Program-made: the position numbers and the translations under genes
Shown: positions 10,202 through 20,374 of the stretch, in pieces
How positions within the stretch are numbered: the stretch's first letter is position 1
Layout: every line of letters starts with the position of its first letter
Origin: an uncultured Verrucomicrobiae bacterium
GTDB lineage: Bacteria > Verrucomicrobiota > Verrucomicrobiia > Limisphaerales > Palsa-1400
DNA length: 64,000 bases
Direction of reading: 5' to 3'
Assembly: GCA_963764165.1 (NCBI GenBank)
Contig: CAVXRD010000002.1
Coordinates: forward strand, 3,168,001 to 3,232,000
Notes under the pieces: model-generated
What the model was told of the DNA's origin: nothing
Database searches by the model: none
Seen by the model: the letters and a program-made list of their open reading frames with translations, nothing else

Positions 10202-11509
10202 ATGCCGCCAAAGCCCATAACGGCTGCCAAGGAAACGCCGAAGATGCCGTTCCTTTTCGCGTTTGTGGCGGGGTTGTTCTTCTTCATTGCCATTACCAAG
10301 TTCGGAAGCCCGGTCATTCTCGACCGGGTGATCAGCCGGGATCCGAACATATCGTTGATATATGACTCGTGGCCGCCGCATTGGGCAACATGGATCTTTC
10401 TTCCAATGGCGCTGTGCGCGTTGCTCGCGGTCGATTGGAGCCGCCTGAAATTTCATTGGGTGCTGGTGCTGCCGCTCGCTTGGTTCCTCTGGCAATGTGT
10501 CGCCGCCACTCAAACCGTGGATGCGGCACTCACGAAGCTGACAATGACCCATTTCGCCATCGCCATTGCATTGTTTTACATCGGATTCTTTGCAACCGAC
10601 CGGATCGCGAATCCATGGCCGATCTGGGCCGGAATTGGGCTGGCGCTGGCATGGTCTATGAGGCGCGGTTTGCAACAGCATTTCGGGGAACTTGAGGCCA
10701 CGCGCAAGATGATGCTCGATTCAGCTCAATTTTCCGACATCGACCCCGAATACATGAAACGGATTTCCACCGGCCGTATTTTCGGAACGTTCGACAACCC
10801 AAATACCCTGGCTGGCGGGATCGTGCTTTTTTTGCCCGTAACCCTGGTTTTCCTTTGGCGGCTGGCACCCAAGCTGCGCGAGTCCATCCGGCTGCTGTTC
10901 GTTTTGGTGCTGGGCGTATGCGGATTGGCCTGCATTTTTTGGTCGGGTTCAAAGGCGGGCTGGCTCGTTTTGATGGTTTCGGTGCTGGTGGCTATTGGGT
11001 ATTCCAAGCTTCCCAAACGTTGGAAATGGACCGTGATTTGCGGTTGTCTGGCCCTGGGTTCCATCGGCTTCGCCATTAAGTATGAAGCCTATTTCAAAAA
11101 GGACAGGAATAGCATGGGTGCCCGGTTTGGCTATTGGCGGGCTGCGGGAATTATCATCAAGGCACACCCCCTTCTAGGCACAGGTCCAGGAACATTTGAA
11201 GTGCCATATGAACAGATTCGCCGCCCGGCTGATGAATTTGCCAGGCTTTGCCACAACGATTATTTGGAACAAGCGACGGACTCGGGGCTAATTGGAAGTG
11301 CCATCTACCTGACGACCATTTTTTCGCTGTTTACGCTCCTTTATCGTTATTTTGGCACCAACCGCCCCATGGATTGGTTGGAATTTGCTGTGTTTGTCGG
11401 CCTCCTCGGCGTTTGTTTGCACAGCGTGGTCGACTTTCACCTCTATGTCCCGGCTTTGGCTTGCCCCATGTTTTTCCTCTTCGGCTGGCTGTTACGACGC
11501 AGTCTATAA
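10202..11509 (+). CDS. O-antigen ligase family membrane protein
   Basis: GTFDNPNTLAG, SGSKAG, PLLGTGPGTF, HNDYLE; many TM helices. Confidence 0.88.
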   Translation: MPPKPITAAKETPKMPFLFAFVAGLFFFIAITKFGSPVILDRVISRDPNISLIYDSWPPHWATWIFLPMALCALLAVDWSRLKFHWVLVLPLAWFLWQCVAATQTVDAALTKLTMTHFAIAIALFYIGFFATDRIANPWPIWAGIGLALAWSMRRGLQQHFGELEATRKMMLDSAQFSDIDPEYMKRISTGRIFGTFDNPNTLAGGIVLFLPVTLVFLWRLAPKLRESIRLLFVLVLGVCGLACIFWSGSKAGWLVLMVSVLVAIGYSKLPKRWKWTVICGCLALGSIGFAIKYEAYFKKDRNSMGARFGYWRAAGIIIKAHPLLGTGPGTFEVPYEQIRRPADEFARLCHNDYLEQATDSGLIGSAIYLTTIFSLFTLLYRYFGTNRPMDWLEFAVFVGLLGVCLHSVVDFHLYVPALACPMFFLFGWLLRRSL

Positions 11510-11724
11510 CGTTAACGAAGTTCTATGAAAGCTTATTTTGGGCGGCTTTCGTGAAATTGGTGTGAAAATTAACTCTTGACGCCAGATTTTGACCGCCTTA
11601 GTGTCGGCTCCGTTAATTTTAATATGATTTGTGAAGCAGAGTCGGGTCGGCTCCGGCTTTTTTAATCGATGAGCATCTGGACGAACTGGAACGAAGAACT
11701 TCTTGCCCGCAGTTGGAGACACCT

Positions 11725-12192
11725 ATGGATTTAAAAGATATTAAAGCCATCATCGACCTCATGCGGAAAAACTCCCTTTCCGAATTTGAGCTGGAACGGC
11801 AGGATTTCAAAATCAAGCTGAAGCGCGGCGTAACTGGGCCAGCTCTTCCTCCCGATGAACAAATGCAATATCCGATGGCGGTCGCTTCGACTGGCGCTCA
11901 AGTTGGGGCGCCGGGCTCCGCCGCCGCCCTTCCGGCGCCTCCGCCCTCAAATTTGGTCGAAATCAAATCTCCCATGATTGGCACTTTCTACCGCGCTCCC
12001 TCACCTGACTCGGCCGATTTCGCGGAAGTCGGGACCGAGGTGAACACCGATACCGTCGTCTGCATTATTGAAGCGATGAAGGTGATGAACGAGATCAAGG
12101 CCGAGGCCAAGGGCGTCATCACCCATATTCTGGTCGAAAACGCCAAACCCGTCGAATTCGGCCAGCCGCTTTTCCGCATCCGCCCAACCTGA
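11725..12192 (+). CDS. accB: acetyl-CoA carboxylase biotin carboxyl carrier protein
   Basis: SPMIGTFY; EAMKVMNEI biotinylation motif. Confidence 0.97.
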   Translation: MDLKDIKAIIDLMRKNSLSEFELERQDFKIKLKRGVTGPALPPDEQMQYPMAVASTGAQVGAPGSAAALPAPPPSNLVEIKSPMIGTFYRAPSPDSADFAEVGTEVNTDTVVCIIEAMKVMNEIKAEAKGVITHILVENAKPVEFGQPLFRIRPT

Positions 12193-12219
12193 CCTTACGC
12201 CTGCTCCTTTTTCGGGACC

Positions 12220-13593
12220 ATGTTTGAAAAAATCTTAGTGGCCAATCGCGGCGAAATCGCCGTCCGCATCATTCGCGCGTGCAAGGAAATGAACATCCGC
12301 ACCGTCGCGGTCTATTCCGAAGCCGACGCCAGCTCCATGCACGTGCAAATGGCGGACGAAGCCATTTGCATCGGCAAGGCGCCGAGCATGGATAGCTACC
12401 TGCGCATTGACCGCATTATCAGCGCGGCGGAAATCGCGGACGTGGACGCCATCCATCCCGGTTACGGCTTTCTTTCCGAGAACGGCCACTTCGCCGATGT
12501 GTGCGAAAGCTGCAACATCCGCTTCATCGGCCCGAGTTCCCGCGCCATGAACGCGTTGGAAGACAAAGCGTCCAGCCGCGTCCTGGCCCGAAAAGCCGGC
12601 GTGCCGACGCCGCCCGGATCCGAAGGCCCGGTTGGAAACGAGTCAGAAGCCCTGACCGTCGCCAAACGCATCGGGTATCCCGTCATGATCAAAGCCATCG
12701 CGGGCGGCGGTGGAAAAGGAATGCGGACGGCCCACAACGACGTCTCGCTGGTCAAGGGTTATCACACCGCGCGCAACGAGGCGGAAAAATCGTTCGGAAA
12801 TTCCGGCGTTTACATCGAGAAGTTCATCGAGAGTTCGCACCATATCGAATTTCAGATTCTTGGCGACAGCCGCGGGAACCTTATTCATTTGGGAGAGCGC
12901 GATTGCTCGGTGCAGCGGCGGAACCAAAAATTGGTGGAGGAGACGCCGTCGCCGCTGATCGAAAACAAGTTCAAGGATCTGCGCAAGAAAATGGGCAAGG
13001 CGGCCCTTCGCATTGCTGAAGTCGCGCATTACACCAATGCGGGCACCGTGGAATTTTTGGTGGACGACCATGGCCACTTTTATTTTCTTGAAGTCAACAA
13101 ACGAATTCAAGTCGAGCATCCCATTACTGAGGAAGTGACCGGGCTGGATTTGGTGAAGCTGCAAATTTCGATCGCGATGGGCGAGCCGCTGCGCCTTTCG
13201 CAAAGCGACATTCACATGCGCGGCCACGCCATCGAGTGCCGGATCAACGCCGAGGATCCGTTCGACGATTTTCGTCCGTGCCCCGGTCGCGTGGAGATGT
13301 ATTACCCGCCGGGAGGGCCCGGCACGCGTGTCGACAGCCATGTTTACGCCGGCTACAGCATCCCGCCGAATTACGACTCGATGATTGGCAAGCTCATCAC
13401 GCGGGGAAAAGATCGAAAGGAAGCGATGGACAAAATGGCCCGCTCGCTTTCCGAATACATGATCACAGGCATCAAGACCACGATTGCCTTTCAGCAGGCC
13501 ATCATGCAGGACCCGAATTTCCGCCGCGGCGTTTATTCGACTGCCTTCCTTGAGCAATTGCTTGGCGGAACGCGCCGGGAGTTGGTTGAATAG
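12220..13593 (+). CDS. accC: biotin carboxylase
   Basis: [43 protein letters not shown]. Confidence 0.97.
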   Translation: MFEKILVANRGEIAVRIIRACKEMNIRTVAVYSEADASSMHVQMADEAICIGKAPSMDSYLRIDRIISAAEIADVDAIHPGYGFLSENGHFADVCESCNIRFIGPSSRAMNALEDKASSRVLARKAGVPTPPGSEGPVGNESEALTVAKRIGYPVMIKAIAGGGGKGMRTAHNDVSLVKGYHTARNEAEKSFGNSGVYIEKFIESSHHIEFQILGDSRGNLIHLGERDCSVQRRNQKLVEETPSPLIENKFKDLRKKMGKAALRIAEVAHYTNAGTVEFLVDDHGHFYFLEVNKRIQVEHPITEEVTGLDLVKLQISIAMGEPLRLSQSDIHMRGHAIECRINAEDPFDDFRPCPGRVEMYYPPGGPGTRVDSHVYAGYSIPPNYDSMIGKLITRGKDRKEAMDKMARSLSEYMITGIKTTIAFQQAIMQDPNFRRGVYSTAFLEQLLGGTRRELVE

Positions 13594-13691
13594 TTGACAG
13601 AGGTATGGGAACGAGAAGATTTCTATGAACGCTGCTCCCAATTCATTGTTTCGTCGTTGCTGATTCTCCCCGAAAGGCGTAGCCTGCCTGT

Positions 13692-13847
13692 ATGAGTGGC
13701 GTAGCGGAAATCGAGTCGGCAATCGAAAAGCTCTCGCCTGCCGAAGTGAAAGAACTGGCGGCATGGCTGGAAGAATATCAGCAGATGACCAATGCATCAG
13801 CCGAAATCTTTTCGTTATATGACCGGGAGGAAGGGGCGACTTCGTAA
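13692..13847 (+). CDS. 51-aa putative antitoxin (not in ORF track)
   Basis: MSGVAEIESAIEKLSPAEVKELAAWLEEY...; acidic; stop overlaps the toxin start (TAATG). Confidence 0.7.
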   Translation: MSGVAEIESAIEKLSPAEVKELAAWLEEYQQMTNASAEIFSLYDREEGATS

Positions 13848-14165
13848 TGCCCGCGGCCAGACGTGGCGAAATCTGGTTAGTCGATTTGGGCATGGCGCAG
13901 AAGACGCGGCCTGCAGTTATTTTAAGCGTTGCATTTCTTGACCACGAACGGGCTGTCGCAACGTACAGTTCCCCGAACCACACTTGTTCGCAGAACCCGG
14001 TTTGAAGTTTCCCATAAGGCGCGAGGATTTGAGTCGGGCGTGTTTGATGCTCAAGGCATAGGCGGTGTGCCAGCCGTCAAACTGGTTCGCAACCTGGGCA
14101 TTCTCGATTTGAAAACTTTAGAAAAAGTCGAAATGGCTGTCAAGAATTGGCTCGGATTTTGTTGA
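13847..14165 (+). pseudogene. mazF: PemK/MazF toxin with a frameshift
   Basis: MPAARRGEIWLVDLGMAQKTRPAVILS in one frame continues as VPRTT..FDAQGI..KLVRNLG in the +1 frame; apparent extra A near 13967. Confidence 0.8.
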
Positions 14166-14182
14166 CGCACTCATGCGCTCTG

Positions 14183-14821
14183 ATGAAAACTCTCCCGGCG
14201 TGCCGTCTTTACACTTTTATTGACACGGCCTATTTGCATGGCCGTCCCACTGCCGTGATTGCGGACAAACTCTGCTCCGGCGGTTCGGACATCATTCAGC
14301 TTCGGGCCAAAGGTGCAGCGCCTGATGAAATTCTCCGCATGGCCGAAGAGGTTTTGCCCATCGTCCATAAGGCAGGCGTCCTGCTGGTGATCAACGACTA
14401 TCCCGACATCGCAAAAAAGGTCCGCGCGGATTTGTGCCACCTCGGTCAAGAGGATTTTTTTGATGCGGGCTTTGTGAAAGCGGTCGACGTGACTGGCGGC
14501 TCCAAACTTGGAATTGGATTGAGCACGCATGCACCCGAGCAAGCCGCTCGCGCCGTCGAGGCCGGACCAGATTACATCGCCATCGGCCCGGTCTATCCGA
14601 CCGGCACCAAGCCAGCCGCAAAAGCCGTCACGCTGGAATACGTCCGCTGGGCGGCCGCAAATGTAACCATCCCGTGGTTCGCCATCGGCGGAATCAATTT
14701 ACAGAATATCGATGAAGTCCTCGCCGCGGGCGCAACGCGCATTTGCGTCGTCTCCGCAATTCTGAGCGCTCACGACATCGCCGGAGCCTGCCGCGAATTC
14801 AAGAAGCGCCTTGGCGATTAG
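14183..14821 (+). CDS. thiE: thiamine-phosphate synthase
   Basis: IIQLRAK, INDY, HLGQED, GLSTH, PTGTKP, AIGGI. Confidence 0.95.
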   Translation: MKTLPACRLYTFIDTAYLHGRPTAVIADKLCSGGSDIIQLRAKGAAPDEILRMAEEVLPIVHKAGVLLVINDYPDIAKKVRADLCHLGQEDFFDAGFVKAVDVTGGSKLGIGLSTHAPEQAARAVEAGPDYIAIGPVYPTGTKPAAKAVTLEYVRWAAANVTIPWFAIGGINLQNIDEVLAAGATRICVVSAILSAHDIAGACREFKKRLGD

Positions 14822-14826
14822 ACCAA

Positions 14827-15822
14827 CTACGACGCCAAAATCTTCTCGATGCTGTCCAATTCATCCTTGCTCAGCGCAAGGCGTTCCACCGTCTTCAGAT
14901 TTTCCTCCAACTGCGGCACACTGCTCGCGCCGATGAGGACGGAAGTCATCTGCGGCTGGCGCAGAACCCACGCCAGCGCGAGCTGCGGCAGCGTTTGCCC
15001 GCGTGCGGCGGCAATCTTGTTCAGCTTCTCCGCTTGCGCAATTTTTTCCGGCGTCACCTGCGCAGGACGCAGAAACCCGTGAACCTTGCCAGCCCGCGAA
15101 CCTTCCGGAATCCCGCGCAGATATTTGTCCGACAGCAACCCTTGCGCCAGCGGACTAAACGCGATGCAGCCGATTCCTTCCTCGGAAAGCGCCGCCAGCA
15201 AGCCATCCTCCACCCATCTGTCAAACATGCTATACCGCGGCTGATGGATGAGGCACGGCGCGCCCATTTCGCGAAGAATATGCGCGGCCTTCCGGGTTTC
15301 CTCCGGCTTGTAATTGGAGAGCCCGGCGTAAAGCGCCTTCCCCGAGCGAACCGCGTGAGCCACCGCGCCCATCGTTTCTTCAAGCGGCGTGTTCGGATCG
15401 GGCCGATGCGAGTAGAAAATGTCGACGTATTCAAGTCCCATCCGGCGCAAGCTCTGGTCGAGGCTGGACAGAAGATATTTTCGCGAACCCCACTCACCGT
15501 ACGGCCCCGGCCACATTAGGTAACCGGCCTTCGTGGAAATGACCATTTCGTCGCGGTAGGCTGACAAATCCTGTTTGAGAATGCGCCCGAAATTCTCCTC
15601 CGCCGAACCGGGCGGCGGCCCGTAATTGTTGGCCAGGTCAAAATGGGTCACACCCAAATCGAAAGCTCGATGCACCATGGCGCGGCCCGTTTCGTAAACA
15701 TCGACGCCGCCGAAATTGTGCCAGAGCCCCAGTGATACCGCTGGCAAGCGAAGCCCCCATTGTCCGCATTTCCGGTAAAATTCGGGATGATCGTAGCGAG
15801 TCGCGGCTGCCGTATATGTCAT
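14827..15822 (-). CDS. gpr: aldo-keto reductase, L-glyceraldehyde 3-phosphate reductase (YghZ/Gpr type)
   Basis: LGLWHNFG, FDLANNYGPPPGSAE, STKAGY.MWPGPYG. Confidence 0.9.
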   Translation of the reverse strand: MTYTAAATRYDHPEFYRKCGQWGLRLPAVSLGLWHNFGGVDVYETGRAMVHRAFDLGVTHFDLANNYGPPPGSAEENFGRILKQDLSAYRDEMVISTKAGYLMWPGPYGEWGSRKYLLSSLDQSLRRMGLEYVDIFYSHRPDPNTPLEETMGAVAHAVRSGKALYAGLSNYKPEETRKAAHILREMGAPCLIHQPRYSMFDRWVEDGLLAALSEEGIGCIAFSPLAQGLLSDKYLRGIPEGSRAGKVHGFLRPAQVTPEKIAQAEKLNKIAAARGQTLPQLALAWVLRQPQMTSVLIGASSVPQLEENLKTVERLALSKDELDSIEKILAS

Positions 15823-15971
15823 GCATCAAATTTGGCGGCGGGGCGGCCAAACGGGCAAGCGAAATCAGGAATGGGAGATCTTTAATCTGGAACTCATGAA
15901 CATCAGGAAAAGAGGCTGAACGCAGTGCTCTGATGCTGGCGCAACGCGCCCCTCGCCATTATGCTCGCGGC

Positions 15972-16877
15972 ATGGAATTGCGCCATCTCCGCTATTTTAT
16001 CGCCGTGGGCGAGGTGGAAAATGTTTCCCGCGCCGCGCTCAAGCTCCATGTCTCGCAGCCGGCCTTGAGCCGCCAGGTCAGCGATTTGGAGGAGGAACTC
16101 GGCTTTCTCTTGTTGACGCGAACCGCGAAGTCGGTGCGGCTCACGGATGCGGGGCGGGCGTTCCTCGCTGAAGCGCGCGGCGTCATCCAGCGGGCGGACG
16201 AGGCGGTGAAGGCGGCGCGCGCCATCGCCAGTGGCACGAAAGGGGAACTGCACGTCGGCTATGCTCCTTCCCTCACGGCGAGATTCTTGCCGGGGGCTTT
16301 GCGGGCGTTCCAAGAGCAATCTCCGGGCGTGCGCGTTCGGCTGCACGATTATTCCACCGAGGAAATGCTGGCGGGGCTGCTCGAAGGCCGGCTGCAAATG
16401 GCTTTCACCGTCCGCGCCTCGGCCATGGGGCGCGGCTTGCGCTTTGAGGAATTGGCCCGCGACACGATTTGCCTCGCCGTGCCAATGAACCATCCGCTGG
16501 CAGGAAAGCGCTCCGTCAAGCTGGCGGACATTGCCGGCGAGCCGCTCGTCACCTACAGCCGCAAGGAATATCCCGACGCGCAGGAAAATTTGGAGAGGAT
16601 GTTCGCCTCCATCAAGGCATCGCCGAAAATCGCGGAAGAGCACGACAGCGTCAGCAGCCTGATTGCGGCGGTTGAATCGGGCGCGGGTGTCGCGATATCG
16701 GTGGAATCCCTGGCCTGCACGGCGGGTCCGCGCCTGAAAATGGTGCCAATCTCGCCCGCGCCGCCTCCGTTGGTGGTCGGCGCAGCCTGGCTCAAGAGCG
16801 GGCTTTCACCGGCGGCGGAGCGTTTTCTGTCATGCGCGCGGACCACCGCGAAAGCGCCGCGTCATCAAAAGCGTTGA
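15972..16877 (+). CDS. LysR-family transcriptional regulator (AlsR/HcaR/BenM-like)
   Basis: MELRHLRYFIAV..AA.KLHVSQPALSRQ HTH. Confidence 0.93.
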   Translation: MELRHLRYFIAVGEVENVSRAALKLHVSQPALSRQVSDLEEELGFLLLTRTAKSVRLTDAGRAFLAEARGVIQRADEAVKAARAIASGTKGELHVGYAPSLTARFLPGALRAFQEQSPGVRVRLHDYSTEEMLAGLLEGRLQMAFTVRASAMGRGLRFEELARDTICLAVPMNHPLAGKRSVKLADIAGEPLVTYSRKEYPDAQENLERMFASIKASPKIAEEHDSVSSLIAAVESGAGVAISVESLACTAGPRLKMVPISPAPPPLVVGAAWLKSGLSPAAERFLSCARTTAKAPRHQKR

Positions 16878-17030
16878 ATATATATGCTCTCGGAAAACTG
16901 GTAACAGATTCCCCGCTGTTTTCAGTGAATGAGAATCCCAGTGCAGCCGTTGTTGGACAGTCGCTTGGAGAGACCAAGCAGAGCCTTGGCAGAGCAAAGC
17001 ATCGAATATATATATATGAGCGTGAAAAAC

Positions 17031-17100
17031 CCGCTACACCCGCTACATCGTTGATGATCAACCAGATAAACCGCTACAAACCCGCTACAAACCCGCTACA
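17031..17100. repeat. five CCGCTACA direct repeats (2+3) around a palindrome
   Basis: Copies at 17031, 17040, 17071, 17082 and 17093; gttgatgatcaac at 17050-17062. Confidence 0.85.
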
Positions 17101-17637
17101 TTCCGTTCCTACTGGAGCCAATTGAATGAAGCACGGTGCGCCCATGGCATTTTGGCATGCTCCTTCGTCGAGTATTGGGCTGGCGCCCGCGGGTGGGTGC
17201 AACGCGGTTTTTACCGCAAAAAAACCAAGGGTGAAATAGGGTGCAATAGCATGCAATGCCTCGCCGCAATTTGGCAGGGCAGACCTGCGTGTCCGCCCAA
17301 ATATTCAGTCGGAGCCCAATGACACCCAATGTGCGGTGGGATGCGGATATGTCTTTGCGGCCACTCTGCGCGCTCATCTTCTCTGCGCGAGAGTTTTTTC
17401 GTGGTGGCATGAAACGCAATCGCGCGCGGAGTCGCGGAGAACCCAGAGATTCCTCGCCGGTTGAAATGAACGCAAAATATCAAAGAACATGCCCCGATGG
17501 CGACAGGGTGAAAAATAATGCCGAAAGTCCCTCGTGTCAATTAATCTTGTAATTGCACGGTTATGTGGTGTAATAAGAGGGAGCCACGCTTGCAAGGATG
17601 TCGCTCCTCTGGTGCTGCTAAAACGTGAGATGCTCCC

Positions 17638-17910
17638 TCAACTCATCTGAAAGATCATCGGAGGAAATGTTATGGCTTGCGCCGCTTCGTTCGCCGCCTC
17701 TTCGTCAGCAGCCTCGCGTTGTCGGCGGGCGTCTTCCAGTTTCTCCAATTCGCGATCCATCGCCTCAATCTGGCTTGGGGTAAATCGCAATGCCTCGGGA
17801 ATCGTCGCACCGCAAAACCCGCACTTTGGAAGTCTCCGATTGCAAATGGCGCGCTGGCAAGAAGGACAAACGCAACCTTTGGCAGGCGCCGCTGAGTGAC
17901 CCGAAGACAT
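17638..17910 (-). CDS. small double-CxxC zinc-ribbon plus coiled-coil protein, paralog A
   Basis: CVCPSCQ...NRRLPKCGFCGATIPEALRFT; similar to the next ORF. Confidence 0.65.
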   Translation of the reverse strand: MSSGHSAAPAKGCVCPSCQRAICNRRLPKCGFCGATIPEALRFTPSQIEAMDRELEKLEDARRQREAADEEAANEAAQAITFPPMIFQMS

Positions 17911-17951
17911 ATCGCCCATATTGGATTGGCCGCTCATGATCGTAGAGGTTT

Positions 17952-18111
17952 CGGGGAGCGCGGTCGTCTCGACCGTGTTTTCGCCAAAGCATTTCACCCA
18001 ACGGTGATCGCCAAAAATCTGCCACGCTGTCCGGCGACATATCTGAACAAGTTATTGGGAAGACGCTTTCGCGTGGGCCGGCCAGAGCGAGCGCGACGGT
18101 CGCGCTATCCG
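17952..18111. repeat. degenerate GGAG-type REP pair
   Basis: cggggagcgcggtcgtctcgaccg (same as 25736) ... gcgacggtcgcgctatcc. Confidence 0.65.
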
Positions 18112-18154
18112 ATCCAACCGCATCATTTCAGCTTGGACGGGTGTGCATCCGACG

Positions 18155-18451
18155 TCAAAAAGAAAAAGGAAATAACACGGCGGTTACCGCAACCTTTGTT
18201 CCATGCGCGGCCGCACCAGCAGCATTTTCACGTTGCCGACGGTCATCCTCCATTTGTGTCCATTCGCGGTCAATGGCCTGAATCTGGCCGGAAGTGAACC
18301 GCAATTCCGCTGGAATGGCCGCGCCGCAAAACCCGCATGCGGCGAGTCGCCGGTTGTAGAGCCGGCGTTTGCAGGCAGGGCAGACGCAGCCATCAGGAGG
18401 GACCGGCGGTCGAACCCATGACGAATTGCCAACATAAAATTGGCTGCTCAT
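18155..18451 (-). CDS. small double-CxxC zinc-ribbon plus coiled-coil protein, paralog B
   Basis: CVCPACK...NRRLAACGFCGAAIPAELRFT. Confidence 0.65.
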   Translation of the reverse strand: MSSQFYVGNSSWVRPPVPPDGCVCPACKRRLYNRRLAACGFCGAAIPAELRFTSGQIQAIDREWTQMEDDRRQRENAAGAAAHGTKVAVTAVLFPFSF

Positions 18452-18551
18452 AACTGTATCGACGTTACCACAACTTGGCGGAGAAACCAGAAGCGAATTC
18501 CGCAACAAATTACGGTAGAGCGAGGCTGCCAATGAACCTCGGGAGAAGCGC

Positions 18552-18658
18552 TCGGCGAGGGCGCCAAGCGCGACACGCGAGGCGCGTGTGCTCCCAAGCC
18601 TCTGAATCCGGTGGAGCGCACGCGCCCACGCGTGCAACGGGACGCGCCTCGCGTCCCG
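18552..18658. repeat. REP-like palindrome cluster
   Basis: cacgcgaggcgcgtgtgctccc / ggagcgcacgcgcccacgcgtg / cgggacgcgcctcgcgtcccg. Confidence 0.6.
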
Positions 18659-18692
18659 CATCCCATTTCCGGTTCATTGGGGCTTCCCGCGA

Positions 18693-19220
18693 TCATTTGC
18701 CCATTTTCTCTCGTGACAGATCGCGGGTCCCAGACGGATGGTGGCCGTGAAAATAATCGAATAGCTCGATATACCACCATTTGCCATAAGGGTCGCGGTA
18801 GCAAGCCTCAGTGTTCCAAATCAGCAGCCGGCCTTCGTAATATTGCTTGTGTGCTGCGACGACCTTGCCCCGAGTTTCGTCCGTAAAATCGATCAAACAC
18901 TCAATCCCCGGCTCTGCAACCAGCTCAGACCAAATTTGGAACGTGTAACACTCGGTGCTCTTGTTCGTCAGCAGCCCTGCGATATAGTCTCGCGCCTGGT
19001 TTTCGACGGGCCATGTTTTCTGGTTGAAATAACGAACGCGGACGGTTTTTACGGTATTGCCAAGAAGGTTGGATAACGTGCCGTTGCCATGGGCCGCCAG
19101 ATTTTCCTGCGCTTTTGCTTCCGGCGGAATTCCGAATTCAGGACGGTTGTCGAAAATGATGGACGGTTCGGCACCGAGGGTAGCGACCCCGAACAGGAGA
19201 GTAAATATGATCGTTTTCAT
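18693..19220 (-). CDS. hypothetical secreted protein
   Basis: Signal peptide MKTIIFTLLFGVATLGA; no recognised domain. Confidence 0.6.
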   Translation of the reverse strand: MKTIIFTLLFGVATLGAEPSIIFDNRPEFGIPPEAKAQENLAAHGNGTLSNLLGNTVKTVRVRYFNQKTWPVENQARDYIAGLLTNKSTECYTFQIWSELVAEPGIECLIDFTDETRGKVVAAHKQYYEGRLLIWNTEACYRDPYGKWWYIELFDYFHGHHPSGTRDLSREKMGK

Positions 19221-19342
19221 GGGCATACCGCAATCCGTGAAAAAAGGCCGAAGGCACAATTACATAGCGCGAAGTTGTTAGCAACCTCCGTTCAGTGGAC
19301 TTGCGGAGAAAAGGGGTGTGAGACAGGATTTTTGTAACCGTC

Positions 19343-19962
19343 CTTTCATTAACACCCCGCTTCAGCGGGGTGGTCCGCGGCTCAGAAAGGAGAAACCGTT
19401 TTAACGGTTTCTATCCTTGCCTTGGCTCACGCCGCCGCCTAACTATGTTCTGTGTCTGTCCATTCCTACTCCCGTGTTTGGCTGCATCTGGTCTGGGCCA
19501 CCTTGGAGCGTCGTCCGCTCCTCACGAAGGTGGCTGCCGCAAGACTCTCCGCCCATCTCACGCGCTACGCGGACGAGAAAGGGATCCACATGAAGATCAA
19601 TTTCGCAAACCCGGATCACGTTCACGCGCTGGTGGACCTTCCCACGGGACTATCCATTGAGGAGATGATGCAATTCTTCAAGGGCGGATCCTCGCATTGG
19701 CTGAACAAAAACGGGCTGGTTGACAAACCGTTCGCGTGGGGACGGGGCTACGGGGTGTTTTCCGTCTCCCACTCCGGCGTCGGAGAAGTGGCAAAATATA
19801 TCGCCAATCAGGAGGAGCATCACCGCAAGAGGACATACTCGGATGAGGTGAAATTGCTGGCGGAGCGTTATGGGTTGAAATGGCGCGATGACAAAACCGT
19901 TAAAACGGTTTTGGTGGCTCCGGCTGCGCCCACACCCCGCTGAAGCGGGGTGTTAATGAAAG
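19343..19962. mobile_element. IS200/RAYT-type element (REPtron-like) with compound inverted palindromic ends
   Basis: ctttcattaacaccccgcttcagcggggtg..aaaccgttttaacggttt on the left, mirrored on the right, enclosing tnpA. Confidence 0.85.
19452..19943 (+). CDS. tnpA: HUH Y1 transposase (IS200/IS605 TnpA or RAYT)
   Basis: HLVWAT..R, DHVHAL (HUH), KGGSS.W, W.RGY, YIANQEEHH (catalytic Tyr). Confidence 0.93.
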   Translation: MSVHSYSRVWLHLVWATLERRPLLTKVAAARLSAHLTRYADEKGIHMKINFANPDHVHALVDLPTGLSIEEMMQFFKGGSSHWLNKNGLVDKPFAWGRGYGVFSVSHSGVGEVAKYIANQEEHHRKRTYSDEVKLLAERYGLKWRDDKTVKTVLVAPAAPTPR

Positions 19963-20374
19963 GGGTGGCCAGGGAATTAACCACGGAGTCGGAAAAGGTC
20001 CGACCCTCACTGGTCGCCAAGCAGAACACGCGCATAAAATGCGTCTTTTTGCAAATCCGGTCTTCGCGCGGCGCGACTTTCTCCCAAAAACGCGACTGGC
20101 ACCGCCTACAGGGGAGTGGAATCTCTTTCTGAAAATTTTATTCACACGCACGGAAAGCAAATCTGCAAATATGTTGATTTGATCCGCGTCTTTGATTTCC
20201 GTAAAAACACTAAATATGAAGAAACCAGCAACTGGTATCGGATTCCGAAAGAAAGAAATCATAACTTTTACATTTCATTCATGCCTTATTATAAACCACT
20301 TAGGATTATAAAATGAATAACGATACATTTTTTTCTTGCTCGAATCGTAATATTCTCATTCAATTGATAACAAT

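Noticed and set aside
11635..11665. Hairpin with T-run upstream of accB as an attenuator or sRNA
   Set aside because: Short imperfect stem that cannot be distinguished from chance
1349..13983. Long antisense ORFs (1349-2383, 5154-6020, 6138-7385, 9623-10681, 12643-13983)
   Set aside because: Shadows of well-supported genes in GC-rich DNA
15972..16877. LysR as the AlsR/BudR regulator of budA-alsS
   Set aside because: It is 22 kb away, outside the island and divergent from the AKR gene; no evidence of linkage
17031..17100. CRISPR array
   Set aside because: Repeats are 8-11 bp without spacer-sized unique sequences, and there are no cas genes in the window
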